In this document: piece after piece, positions 10,371-20,172 of the stretch
Layout of the letters: each line of letters starts with the position of its first letter
How positions within the stretch are numbered: position 1 is the stretch's first letter
Assembly: GCA_001780275.1 (NCBI GenBank)
Contig: MFGB01000020.1
Location: 168,813-232,812, forward strand
Direction of reading: 5' to 3'
Length of the DNA: 64,000 nt
Source of the DNA: Candidatus Falkowbacteria bacterium RIFOXYA2_FULL_47_19
GTDB taxonomy: Bacteria; Patescibacteriota; Patescibacteriia; Patescibacteriales; UBA12075
Program-made: the position numbers and the translations under genes
The notes under the pieces: generated by a model
Told to the model about the DNA's origin: nothing
The model's input: the letters and a program-made list of their open reading frames with translations, nothing else
The model's database searches: none

Positions 10371-11306
10371 ATGAAACTATTCAATCGTATGATAACGGCT
10401 TCCCTGGAGATTTTGCCGGAATCATTGGTTAAACCACTGATATATCCGCTCGTGGCCAAAAATTATGTCGCCGGACCGACGATTAAAGACGCTGTCGGTC
10501 GGACAAAAATCATTAACGCGCGCGGCGCCGAAGCCACGATCGATCATCTGGGCGAAGAAGCTCGAGATAAACGTGAAGTCGAGCAAAATATCAGGGTATA
10601 CGAAAGCATTATCCGCGCCATAAACCTAGAGAACCTAAGGGCTAGTATCGCTATTAAACCGACTAATTTCGGGCTGCGTTTCGATCCAAACTTTTGTCGG
10701 GAGGCCATGCGCGACATCATCTTAGCCGCCGCCGAGAAGAAAATATTTACCTGGATAGACATGGAGAATTCATCCACCACCTCCGCCACGATCGATTTTT
10801 ACCTGGAAGCCCAGTGGGAGTTCGGCGATCTTGTCGGAATGGCGCTTCAGGCTTATCTGCGGCGCAGTTTATCCGATATATGCTATATCAGGAAAAATAT
10901 CCATCATGGTGTGCCACATATCCGTCTATGCAAGGGAATCTACAACGAAGCGCCCGCCATAGCCATTAAAGAAATGCCGCTAATCAATCTGAATTATTAC
11001 ACGCTTCTGGAGAGCTTGATCTCCATCGGCTCGTATGTCGGTGTTGCCACGCACGATCCCGTCCGGATAAGCGAAGCCATCCAGTTGATCAAAAAATATA
11101 AAGCGCAAAAAAGATGCGAATTCCAGATGCTTTTGGGAGTGGAAAATCCCCCTCTTTACGCCCTTATTAAAAGCGGTTATCGCTGGTTGGTTTATGTTCC
11201 TTTCGGAATCAAATGGTACGGTTATTCCTTGAGGCGGTTTAAGGAAAACCCGCAAATCGTCGGCTATATCCTGAAAAATATGCTTAAGAATCGCAAGTAT
11301 AAATGA
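10371..11306 (+). CDS. putB: Monofunctional proline dehydrogenase
   Basis: YVAG, IDME, LQAYL, RLCKGIY, VATHD, EFQMLLG and VYVPFG..WYGYSLRRFKENP. SD GAGG. Confidence 0.92.
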   Translation: MKLFNRMITASLEILPESLVKPLIYPLVAKNYVAGPTIKDAVGRTKIINARGAEATIDHLGEEARDKREVEQNIRVYESIIRAINLENLRASIAIKPTNFGLRFDPNFCREAMRDIILAAAEKKIFTWIDMENSSTTSATIDFYLEAQWEFGDLVGMALQAYLRRSLSDICYIRKNIHHGVPHIRLCKGIYNEAPAIAIKEMPLINLNYYTLLESLISIGSYVGVATHDPVRISEAIQLIKKYKAQKRCEFQMLLGVENPPLYALIKSGYRWLVYVPFGIKWYGYSLRRFKENPQIVGYILKNMLKNRKYK

Positions 11307-11329
11307 CCTATTGCCGGAAGGAGCGGAAT

Positions 11330-11623
11330 ATGCGCCCTGATAAAGATGAGCTTACCGAGCTCGATGAGATCAATCGAAAATACAACGACAAAGAAAAGCC
11401 GAAAATCAGAAAATTGGCCGAATCCGAGCGCGCGGCCGCTCCCGGAAAATTCCGGGCGGTAGTAATAAAAGGAAATGAATATTTCCAAATCGAAGAAGAC
11501 GCGCTTAGCGCCGATAACGCCGCGACCATCCTGACGTTATTGTGGTGGTTCGACGAGGAGCAGGGCGAAGGGGAAATGGCCATTTTCAATGACCGGGGCG
11601 ATCGGTCGGATATATTTTTTTAA
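11330..11623 (+). CDS. Hypothetical protein
   Basis: SD GGAAGGAG precedes ATG 11330; followed by a palindromic terminator at 11630-11649. Confidence 0.65.
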   Translation: MRPDKDELTELDEINRKYNDKEKPKIRKLAESERAAAPGKFRAVVIKGNEYFQIEEDALSADNAATILTLLWWFDEEQGEGEMAIFNDRGDRSDIFF

Positions 11624-11797
11624 AAAAACAATCCCGAAATTTCGGGATTTTTATTTTCTTGCAAATCGCCATAAGCGCGCCTAAGCGTTACCACATTTTC
11701 TCTTGACAAATTGAAAAATATTCTCTATTATTTAATATTCCATATTATTATAAAAATATTCCGTTCTTTATAAGCAAAATCACAAAGGAGGATCGCG

Positions 11798-12319
11798 ATG
11801 CCAAAAGCAGTAAAACGTGCCTTAAGCGCCTTATTCTCAAAAATAAATTATTCTCTTACGGGACAAAATTATTTTGCGGAAGAATTGAAGCGCCCGATCG
11901 GGTGGTCTATCGTTACGGCGGCCTTAACCGCCTTGTTCTGGGGAATATATTATTCTATTACGGGAAAATATAATTTTGAGATGAACGCATATTTTTTCGC
12001 TCCATGGGTAAGGGAAATGTGCCCCTGGCTCATTAACCGTTTTTGGGATATAATTTTCGCTCCGATCGTCGTGGGAGCCGCTGTTCTCTACTACGAACAC
12101 GAAAAAACCGATGACTTGGACGGCAATAATTTTTTTAACTCGATTATTGGGGCTATATTCATATCGGCCGGGGCATTGATGGGCTATACGTATATGGTTT
12201 TTCTGTTGGTAACCGTGATCGGTTCAGCCGTACTCGCGGTCGCGATCATATGGTTTTTTGTTAAAAGGATTAACGCGATAATAGATAATATCGGAACACA
12301 CGAGAGAGAGACAGAATAA
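11798..12319 (+). CDS. Hypothetical multi-pass membrane protein
   Basis: Promoter TTGACA-17-TATTAT at 11704, SD AAGGAGG, about 4 hydrophobic segments. Confidence 0.8.
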   Translation: MPKAVKRALSALFSKINYSLTGQNYFAEELKRPIGWSIVTAALTALFWGIYYSITGKYNFEMNAYFFAPWVREMCPWLINRFWDIIFAPIVVGAAVLYYEHEKTDDLDGNNFFNSIIGAIFISAGALMGYTYMVFLLVTVIGSAVLAVAIIWFFVKRINAIIDNIGTHERETE

Positions 12320-12360
12320 TCTCTCTTTTTTATTGATTTAAAAACCGCCCGGCGGCGGCT

Positions 12361-12534
12361 CTATGCGCGAGGGATCTTTTTGCTTCCGTACTTGTCCGGA
12401 GCGGGCGGAAAGTTATCAAGAGGCAGCCTCTGTTTCCGGCCACCGACCTTTAAAGCGTGATTGGCGCGAAAACCGGACGGCGTCCGGTAACCTGGCCGCC
12501 CGTTGCGATTTCCGACTTTGGCGTGGTTTTTCAT
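12361..12534 (-). CDS. 57-aa basic small protein (below ORF track cutoff)
   Basis: MKNHAKVGNRNGRPGYRTPSG...KKIPRA*. Minus-strand TTGTAG-17-TATAAT upstream and a GC hairpin with T-tract downstream. Confidence 0.5.
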   Translation of the reverse strand: MKNHAKVGNRNGRPGYRTPSGFRANHALKVGGRKQRLPLDNFPPAPDKYGSKKIPRA

Positions 12535-12637
12535 AATATAATAATTTCGTTCATTGATTAAAACGTGGAATTTATATTATACCAAGGAACAACCACGCCT
12601 ACAAGCGGTGAAACCGGGTTATTTTAAAAATAAACAA

Positions 12638-15319
12638 TTATTCCTTCCTAAACTTTATAAGCAGTCCCGCCAGCACCGCGATCACCGCCCCCGCAATAAT
12701 AATGAGATAGCGGAAGAGCTCGAGTTTTTTGTCGCGGGCGGAGAGTTCCCATTCTTCGCCGGGAACGATCTCTCCGAGTACCTGCCCGATCTCTTCCGGC
12801 GCGGCTTCGTCCGGGGTTTCGATATCTTTTTTTACGATATCATCCGGAAAGCGCGGCATAATCCTTAAGCCGGTTTTGACGGCGTTTAAAATTCCGGTTA
12901 CGCTTGCCCGATCCCCCTCTTCGATCACCGCGGCTTCAACACCGCTTCCCTGGCTTAAAAATATTTTTATCTCGTCCGTGCCGTCGTCCAGAAAGAAGGA
13001 TGAACCTTTTTTCTCCACGATCTCGCCTGTGACCGCGATGAGGCTGCCCAAAAAGCTTTCATCGACCTCGGCGCAGGCGATGTTCTCGGCTTTCGGTTCT
13101 TCCCGGCGTTCCAGTATTTCCATGTCGGCCGCCTCTTTTGTCTTTAAACGTAATTCGCCGTTCGTAATCGCGAGCTCCGCCTGAACAGCGATATAGTCGC
13201 CGATCTTAAGGCGGGGAAAATCTTTCTTATAGTTATATACCTGGATACCGCCGCCATCCTCGCCGGTTATATAGAAATATTGCGTTCCCAAGACGCCCGG
13301 CAGAACCGCGACAGTCCCTAAAACGCGCAAAAGGTCCCCAGCTTCGAAATTTTTTGCCAATATCGGCGTGGTTTCAATGATGTTTTTATCCTCCGGCTCC
13401 GTTTTAACCGCTGTTCCGGCGGATATTCCGGCTAAAACCCCAGAAGCGGCCGAATCGGACAGGAGGATCACGTTCTTGCTTCCCGGCGTCGGCGCGGTGG
13501 TCCAGAACCATTTTCCGTTCTCTCCGCGGGCATAAGCTTCGCCGGAAACCGTTTTCCCGCATTTGACTTCGTCCGCCGTTTTGCCGGCGGGATCGAATAA
13601 ACGGACGAAATCACCGGAATTATTCAGGGACAAACCGCTTTCCGTCCGGCTGACCGACAAATAGGCGCCGTTCGCGATCCAGAAATCTTCTTTAAACGCG
13701 TGCGGCCGGCTGCCGCCTTCGCCGTCATCGAGCATCCAGTCAAGCAGGTTCACGCGGACGCCGCCGCGGTTATAAAGTTCGATGAACTCCGCTTCATCCC
13801 CGCCGTCCGGATCCGGCAAAAATTCGTTAATGATAATATCGGGTATTTCATCGGACCAGCCTTTCGTTTCGACCCCGGGAAAAACAGGGGTTTTTGTGGA
13901 GATTATTTTAATGACTTGTTCTTTTTTTGCCTCGTTGGCGCCGTCTTTGACCGTTAGCGCGATGTTAAAATCGCCACTAACGAAAAAAGTATGCTCGGCG
14001 ATCTTAAGGCCGCTCCTTGATCCGTCGCCGAAATCCCAGAAGAACTCCAACTCATCATTTTCAACATCAAGCGTGTCGCCGCCGTCGAATATTACCGGTT
14101 CGCCCGGATACGCTTCGGCTGGCGCGTCAAAATCGACTGCCGGCGCCTCGTTTACCGGCGAAAACCCGTTAACGCGGTCGGGGGTGACTTGCCTGGTCCA
14201 GGAATACTTCCCGTCCTCTTTCCGGCTCCAGCTTTCGCCCGGGGGCGAGGTTTTGTATGTTAATTTCTGGATAATGCGGTTATCCGCGTTTTTTAAAATT
14301 AAACTATCCCCGTTGTTATCCAGAGCTAGAGAGCTTTCTTCGCGACCGATCGCTCTATACCCGCCCGGCTCCAGGATAAGGCCGTCCATAAGGAATTCCC
14401 GGCCGGAATCATCGGACAATCTCCAGCCGGAAAGATCGAACGCGGTCGTGCCCGGATTATAAAGCTCGATGAATTCCCCAGCCGGACTGCCTAAGGGTGC
14501 GGCAAAGACCTCGGAAATAAAAGGTTGTTCTTGGGCTTCAGTCTTTTCGGGCGCGGCCGTTATAATATTTTCCTCTTCCCGTGTTATCGTACTGGTAAGA
14601 AGAAAAATTGCGCCGTCGCGCGCCAGGCTTTGGCCCGAGTCGGGCGCAGGGACGTTATCTTCCGTATGGCCATTATCCCAATCGCCGTAAACAACCTCAT
14701 CGATCAAATTGCCCGCCGGATCGATGAGTTGCAGGCGATCGCCGCCGTTATTTAAATTACCGGCGATATTTTCCTTAACAGACAGCTTCCGGGATCCGAT
14801 AACTCCCCCGAGTTCCGTTCTTCGTTCGCCGCCGTCTAGAAGAATCCAGCCGGAAAGATCAATATCCGCATCGGAAGCGTTAAATATTTCTACCCATTCC
14901 GCTTCGCCGTCTTCAGGTGCGGACACAAGCTCGTTTATAAGGATATCGCCCGCTTTGTATCCGTGCCGGACGGCGTTATCTTCGTCGGGGGCGATAACAT
15001 TCTCTTCTTCCGGAATTTTGTCAGACGTTTCCGAATCCGCCGCCAGGCAATTCACGCAGATCAAATCCTTAAAGCCGTCGAAAGTGGATTGTCCGATGCC
15101 GGGCACGTTCATGATATCCTCGATCGCGATAAAAGATCCCGTGCCCTGCCGATAATCGATTATTGAGAGCGCTTTAGCCGGGCCGATGCCGGGCAGAGAG
15201 TCTAATTCTTCCAAAGACGCCTTATTTATATCGATCGATCCGTCCGACATAGCCGACGGGCAATAAAAAAATCCTATCATGAATATAGACAGGAGTATTG
15301 TGATCATCGTTGTTTTCAT
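12638..15319 (-). CDS. Surface protein: ComEA-type HhH + three lamin-tail domains + PKD + OB folds + C-terminal TM anchor
   Basis: IDINKASLEELDSLPGIGPAKA (HhH); three I(N/S)E...E(W/F)(V/I)E(L/I)xN LTD repeats; FFWDFGDG (PKD); N-terminal signal peptide. Confidence 0.88.
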   Translation of the reverse strand: MKTTMITILLSIFMIGFFYCPSAMSDGSIDINKASLEELDSLPGIGPAKALSIIDYRQGTGSFIAIEDIMNVPGIGQSTFDGFKDLICVNCLAADSETSDKIPEEENVIAPDEDNAVRHGYKAGDILINELVSAPEDGEAEWVEIFNASDADIDLSGWILLDGGERRTELGGVIGSRKLSVKENIAGNLNNGGDRLQLIDPAGNLIDEVVYGDWDNGHTEDNVPAPDSGQSLARDGAIFLLTSTITREEENIITAAPEKTEAQEQPFISEVFAAPLGSPAGEFIELYNPGTTAFDLSGWRLSDDSGREFLMDGLILEPGGYRAIGREESSLALDNNGDSLILKNADNRIIQKLTYKTSPPGESWSRKEDGKYSWTRQVTPDRVNGFSPVNEAPAVDFDAPAEAYPGEPVIFDGGDTLDVENDELEFFWDFGDGSRSGLKIAEHTFFVSGDFNIALTVKDGANEAKKEQVIKIISTKTPVFPGVETKGWSDEIPDIIINEFLPDPDGGDEAEFIELYNRGGVRVNLLDWMLDDGEGGSRPHAFKEDFWIANGAYLSVSRTESGLSLNNSGDFVRLFDPAGKTADEVKCGKTVSGEAYARGENGKWFWTTAPTPGSKNVILLSDSAASGVLAGISAGTAVKTEPEDKNIIETTPILAKNFEAGDLLRVLGTVAVLPGVLGTQYFYITGEDGGGIQVYNYKKDFPRLKIGDYIAVQAELAITNGELRLKTKEAADMEILERREEPKAENIACAEVDESFLGSLIAVTGEIVEKKGSSFFLDDGTDEIKIFLSQGSGVEAAVIEEGDRASVTGILNAVKTGLRIMPRFPDDIVKKDIETPDEAAPEEIGQVLGEIVPGEEWELSARDKKLELFRYLIIIAGAVIAVLAGLLIKFRKE

Positions 15320-15636
15320 AAGCACGCTTTACTATGGTTCTTTGGACAAGGAGTTTAACGCGCGCGCCTTTATCGCTCGCCAAAAAAGGCAAACACGCAA
15401 CACTTGAAACGACGTACGCGGAAAACTAAATTCCCGCGCGCGGATCCGTTCCGGTGTTGCGTGTTATGCGCGCTTATTTTATTTTAGCACAAGGGTCATG
15501 AAGAAATCATAAAAAAAATATAAAATTTTCATAAAAAAAATATAAAGAAAAAATCAGTGGCATTATATTTCTATGGTAAATATATTTTTAGTATCTATTG
15601 GCTTATATTAAACATTTTATTAATTACATAGCCCAC

Positions 15637-15669
15637 TACCTTGCAATACATAGTAATCTGTGCTATACT
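15637..15669 (+). promoter_or_regulatory. padR promoter with overlapping imperfect palindrome (putative PadR operator)
   Basis: TTGCAA-17-TATACT; TACCTTG-N5-CATAGTA (15637-15655) covers the -35. Confidence 0.6.
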
Positions 15670-15696
15670 GGTAATATAAGTAATTTCCCCAAAAAC

Positions 15697-16050
15697 ATGA
15701 AATCAAACCTAGAGATCAATACGGAAAACACCCGGGCGCAGATGCGGAAAGGCATATTGGAATTTTGCATATTGCTGATCATATCGCGGAGCAAGGTTTA
15801 TTCATCCGATATTTTACGTTCGCTCAAGGATGCCAACCTGATCGTGGTCGAGGGGACCGTTTATCCTCTTCTGACCAGGCTTAAGAATTCCGGACTTCTG
15901 TCATATGACTGGGAAGAGTCGCAAAGCGGACCTCCTCGGAAGTATTATTCCCTGACCCAGGCCGGCCGGAAGACCCTTGAACAGCTGACAACCACCTGGC
16001 GTTCGCTTGAGCGTTCGATCGAATTGTTGATCGATAAATTCACGAATTAA
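15697..16050 (+). CDS. PadR family transcriptional regulator
   Basis: QMRKGILEFCIL, EGTVYPLLTRL and GPPRKYYSLT. Start 15697 or 15742; the track start at 15598 lies upstream of the promoter. Confidence 0.93.
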   Translation: MKSNLEINTENTRAQMRKGILEFCILLIISRSKVYSSDILRSLKDANLIVVEGTVYPLLTRLKNSGLLSYDWEESQSGPPRKYYSLTQAGRKTLEQLTTTWRSLERSIELLIDKFTN

Positions 16051-16103
16051 GACCGATAAGGGTATCCGGAAATTAAATTTTTTTTACAATTTTTAACTAT
16101 CAT

Positions 16104-18077
16104 ATGGAAAAAACAATCAATATCACTCTGGGCGGCTTTGTTTTCATCTTAGAAGAAGACGCCTATAAAAAATTGGATGCTTATCTCGAATCGATCAAGC
16201 GGCATTATCGGGCGCCGGCGGAAGAAAAAGAGATCATAGACGACATCGAGTCCAGCATCGCTGAGAAGTTCAACACAAGGATCGACGCGCGGAAAAGAGT
16301 CATCACCCTCACGGACGTAGAGGAGATAATCGCCATCATGGGCACGGTCGAGGAGATCGCGAAAGAGGAAGAAGCGGATCCGTCGGACGGCGATAAGACC
16401 GGAGATGACCCCGCGGACGAGACGGCAAAAAAAAGATTATACCGCAACTCGGACGATATCGTGGTCGCCGGAGTCTGTTCCGGTCTGGGAGCCTATTTCG
16501 GGATCGATCCGGTCTTTATTCGCCTGCTTTTCGTCATTTTCACGTTTTTTAACGGCATCGGTCTTTTGGCCTATATCGTTTTATGGATGATAATGCCTAA
16601 GGCCGTGACCGGAGCGCAGAAGCTCGAAATGCGCGGTCGGCCCGTGAATCTTTCCGAGATACAGGAAGCGGTCAAAAAAAAATCGAAAACGATCGGCCGG
16701 GAAGGCCGGGAAGCTTTGAGCCGTCTTAAAAATAACCGCGTTTGGTACCGGATACTGAATTTTCCCGTTCGGGTAATCGAACGGATATTCTATTTCTTTA
16801 AAAAATCAGCCGGTTTTGTTTTTCCGGTTTTAAGTATTTTCTTAGGGGTTATATTCCTGTTATCGACCCTAGCGGCTATCTTAGGGCTTACGATCGCTTT
16901 GGGGGCTATGGTTTTGCACATAGGATCGCCGTTCATACATTCCGATGTGCCGCTTAAAGAATTATCATCAAATCCTTTTTACTACCTGGCGGCGTTGTCG
17001 GTGTATTTTACGGTCTTCGTGCCCTTGGTTTTCCTCTCTTTTCTGGGAATTACCATGATCCGACGCAAAAACGCGTTCGCGCCGATAGCCAGCGGCATCC
17101 TCGTCGGCATTTGGATGCTTGCCGTTGTCGGAGCGGTGATAGCGGCGGGCGACCTCGTGCCCAGGTTCAGGGTCTGGGTTGAAGATACGGCGGCCAGGGA
17201 AACGGAAAGCCGGACTTTCGATTACCGGGATTTTTCGAAATTATATCTGGGTGGCAACCAGAAAATAAAGATCCGGCCGGGCAATGAGTTTTCGATCACG
17301 TTGACCGGGCGCAGATCCGATCTTGACCGTCTGAATTTTAACGCGGAAGAGGGCCAACTACAGATAACGCAGAAGAGGCGGAACGACCCCGGTCTTTGCT
17401 TTTTTTGCTTCGAGCGGGATATCGAGGGCGAGATCATTATGCCCCGGCTCGAGTCTTTCGTAGGGATAAACCGCGTTCAGGCGGATATAGCGGATTTTAC
17501 CGACGATCTCTACGTAAGCCTGGGTGAAGCGGCGGAAGCGAGGATAGAACTCGAAGGACGGAATCTAACCGGCGTTTTAAGCGGAGTGTCCAGCCGGCTC
17601 GAGCTTATCGGAGAAGCGGACGTTCTTGATATTAAAATGGACGGGGGCGCCCGGCTGGAAACGAAAGATATCAGGGCTGATCGGATCGATATCGCCCAGT
17701 CGTCCTGGTCGCGGAGCGAACTTACCGGCGTTGTCAGGGAATTCAAGGCCGATCTTGAGAACGGCAGCCGTCTTTCCGCTTTCGCATTATCCGCGGATAA
17801 GGCGCGAACAAGAGCTTCCGATTATTCCCGGGCCGAGGTTTGGGGCGTTTCCTCCCTCGAAATAATTTCCCGCGATCAGGCGGAGGTTATTTACCGGGGA
17901 CAACCGGAAATCATAATTAAAAAAGCGGAAGACGCGAGCCGGATCGATGAGTGGGAAGATAATTCCGACTGGCCGGAGGAGGAGGAATTCGAAACGGACG
18001 ATATGCCCGATGAGGCGGAGATGATCCCGCCGCCCGCGCCAATAGAACCGTATTTGCCGGAAGTCACGGCGCCGTAG
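16104..18077 (+). CDS. PspC domain membrane protein with C-terminal DUF2807-like beta-helix
   Basis: KRLYR...VAGVCSGLGAYFGIDP (PspC), TM segments and an adhesin-head-like repetitive C-terminus; classic padR-pspC pairing. Confidence 0.88.
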   Translation: MEKTINITLGGFVFILEEDAYKKLDAYLESIKRHYRAPAEEKEIIDDIESSIAEKFNTRIDARKRVITLTDVEEIIAIMGTVEEIAKEEEADPSDGDKTGDDPADETAKKRLYRNSDDIVVAGVCSGLGAYFGIDPVFIRLLFVIFTFFNGIGLLAYIVLWMIMPKAVTGAQKLEMRGRPVNLSEIQEAVKKKSKTIGREGREALSRLKNNRVWYRILNFPVRVIERIFYFFKKSAGFVFPVLSIFLGVIFLLSTLAAILGLTIALGAMVLHIGSPFIHSDVPLKELSSNPFYYLAALSVYFTVFVPLVFLSFLGITMIRRKNAFAPIASGILVGIWMLAVVGAVIAAGDLVPRFRVWVEDTAARETESRTFDYRDFSKLYLGGNQKIKIRPGNEFSITLTGRRSDLDRLNFNAEEGQLQITQKRRNDPGLCFFCFERDIEGEIIMPRLESFVGINRVQADIADFTDDLYVSLGEAAEARIELEGRNLTGVLSGVSSRLELIGEADVLDIKMDGGARLETKDIRADRIDIAQSSWSRSELTGVVREFKADLENGSRLSAFALSADKARTRASDYSRAEVWGVSSLEIISRDQAEVIYRGQPEIIIKKAEDASRIDEWEDNSDWPEEEEFETDDMPDEAEMIPPPAPIEPYLPEVTAP

Positions 18078-18142
18078 ATCCTTAAGCTCAGTCTTTGAGC
18101 AGATGGATAATAGATCGGCAAAATTTTTCTTTGCTATAATAT

Positions 18143-18169
18143 AAACCCGGTTCGCTTTGAACCGGGTTT
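18143..18169. terminator. Bidirectional terminator
   Basis: aaacccggttc-gcttt-gaaccgggttt. Confidence 0.8.
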
Positions 18170-18174
18170 TGATT

Positions 18175-20172
18175 TTAATTATTCGTATTCGGATGTACAG
18201 GAGGGCAATTAAGTAATTCAATATTGATATGGAGATCTGAAGGAATAAAGAGAACGTTATATGATACCGTTCCATAACCCCAGGAATCTATTACTGGAAA
18301 ATTACCCAATTCATCGGTTCCGGCCGCCCAGCCGCCGGGGCAAGTTCCCTGATCAACGACCAGGGTCAGATTTTCGCCGCGATTAACCGTAACGACACCC
18401 GTCGGCGTTACCGAACCAAGGCAGAGCGAACAGCCTCCATAATTCTCTACCGATATCCAGACGGTATAAGTTTCCACAATGCCACACTCTTCATCGACCT
18501 CGCCGTAACCCTCGTCTCCGGGGCATTGGTTATCGATTCCGTCGCCGCAGATTTCTGGCGCGTCGGAATAGACATCGGGGTTATTATTATCACAGTCGAA
18601 GTAATCCGGAAAATCATCCGCGTCGGAATCGGGGCACGGCTCTTCTTCGACTTCGTAGAGATTTCTGATCCTTTCGACATCGTCCGGGAACAGGCTCGTG
18701 TAAGCCGGCCTTTCCTGGTTAATAACCGTAGAGGGTGCCATGATCGGATTGCCGTTGACGCCTCGCTGGCACCCTAGTTTACAAGGATCAGTGCAACCGG
18801 GCGTTGAGGGGCAGATTGAGTGTGCATGCGGGCAAGCGTGGTGCAGTCCCAAAGCGTGGCCGATTTCATGCAAAGCAACTTCTTCTATACTGACTTCGTC
18901 GGCGGCTAAATCGGAATTAGCAGTCCAGAAAAAACCAAGATTAACATTACCGTTCAACCGTATTTTACCCTGCCCCCAATACATACCCGTAAGTCCGAAT
19001 TCTCTTTCACAAGCTTTTGTTTTTAAAAAATTATTACTATCCCATTCAAATATTAAATCTGCTTCATCTTCGGTGGTAGCTTTAAACTTCAACGTAAAAT
19101 TCAGGGTATTTTCCCAGGTTCTTAGAGCTCTTTCGATGGAGTTTCTAAAATCTTCCTCGGAAACGCCAAGCGCATTTTGCGGCTTTATGTGGTAAGTAGC
19201 GATTTGGCATTTCTTGAAATATTGACAGTTAGTGCCACTTAACTCGCATCCTAACCTTACAACGCTAGCTACCAGCGAAAAATGCTCCAGCGTAACCACG
19301 AAACTATCGATAATTTCGTCGTAAACGGTCGGCAGAACGAACCAGGCATTTTCGATTTCGTCGTAAACGTAGAATATCCGCTCGGTCGCGCCCTCGGACG
19401 GAATAATTAACTCGACCGGTTCGGAAAAAACTAGTCCGTGCGGCTCGAGTTCTATCGCCTTGCCGGCAATAAAGCCGTCCGGAACCGGCGGCGGAGTTAA
19501 CGGTTCTTTGATAGTAATGACCGTCGGCTTGGCTAACGCTCCGGCCGGAATTATCAATTCGACTCCGTCTAGCAGGCCGTCCGGATCATCAACGATTACT
19601 ATTCCGCCATCCTCTCCGACCAAGCCGGCGCCCTCGGTTTCCATCTTCTCCCGGAGCGTAATTTCTTCGGAATAGATAAAAACCAATGTTTTAGTTTTTC
19701 CGTTTAAATTCGCCCGGACGGTTCCGCCTCCTGCGACCCAGATTTTTTCCGTCGCAAGAGCATTACGGGGAATAAGCGCGGGCAGGATTCCGGCCTGGAA
19801 TTTTTTAAAAACCAGATCGCTAATCGTTTTGCCTTTTTCCGCGGCTAGCTCGCTTATTCGCGCGGCTATCATGGTTTTGATGCCGGGATAATACGCTTTT
19901 TTTTCCAGATCGAACTTAAGAATCCGGTTGCGCAGACTAAAAACGCCGCCGTAGTCGGCCGCGGGTTCGTCTATGAGAAAAGATGAGTTTTGTCCGTCAA
20001 ACCAGACGAGCGCCTTGTATTCTTCTTGAGCATCGCCTATTCCGGTAACGGCCAGATTGGATTTCACGTCCGTTCGGTAGAAGCCGTCCGGATCAGAAAC
20101 CGCCAAAGAGAATTGCGGAAACGCGAATACCACGATAATCGTAAACGCGATTAAAGCGAAATGTTTTTTCAT
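18175..20172 (-). CDS. Secreted matrixin (M10-like) metalloprotease with ZU5-like domain and Cys/Asp-rich metal-binding repeat
   Basis: Signal peptide; LIIPAGAL...ELEPHGLVFSEPVEL...LEHFS (ZU5-like); HEIGHALGLHH with Met-turn PIMAP; DCDNNNPDVY..APEICGDGIDNQC. Confidence 0.85.
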   Translation of the reverse strand: MKKHFALIAFTIIVVFAFPQFSLAVSDPDGFYRTDVKSNLAVTGIGDAQEEYKALVWFDGQNSSFLIDEPAADYGGVFSLRNRILKFDLEKKAYYPGIKTMIAARISELAAEKGKTISDLVFKKFQAGILPALIPRNALATEKIWVAGGGTVRANLNGKTKTLVFIYSEEITLREKMETEGAGLVGEDGGIVIVDDPDGLLDGVELIIPAGALAKPTVITIKEPLTPPPVPDGFIAGKAIELEPHGLVFSEPVELIIPSEGATERIFYVYDEIENAWFVLPTVYDEIIDSFVVTLEHFSLVASVVRLGCELSGTNCQYFKKCQIATYHIKPQNALGVSEEDFRNSIERALRTWENTLNFTLKFKATTEDEADLIFEWDSNNFLKTKACEREFGLTGMYWGQGKIRLNGNVNLGFFWTANSDLAADEVSIEEVALHEIGHALGLHHACPHAHSICPSTPGCTDPCKLGCQRGVNGNPIMAPSTVINQERPAYTSLFPDDVERIRNLYEVEEEPCPDSDADDFPDYFDCDNNNPDVYSDAPEICGDGIDNQCPGDEGYGEVDEECGIVETYTVWISVENYGGCSLCLGSVTPTGVVTVNRGENLTLVVDQGTCPGGWAAGTDELGNFPVIDSWGYGTVSYNVLFIPSDLHINIELLNCPPVHPNTNN

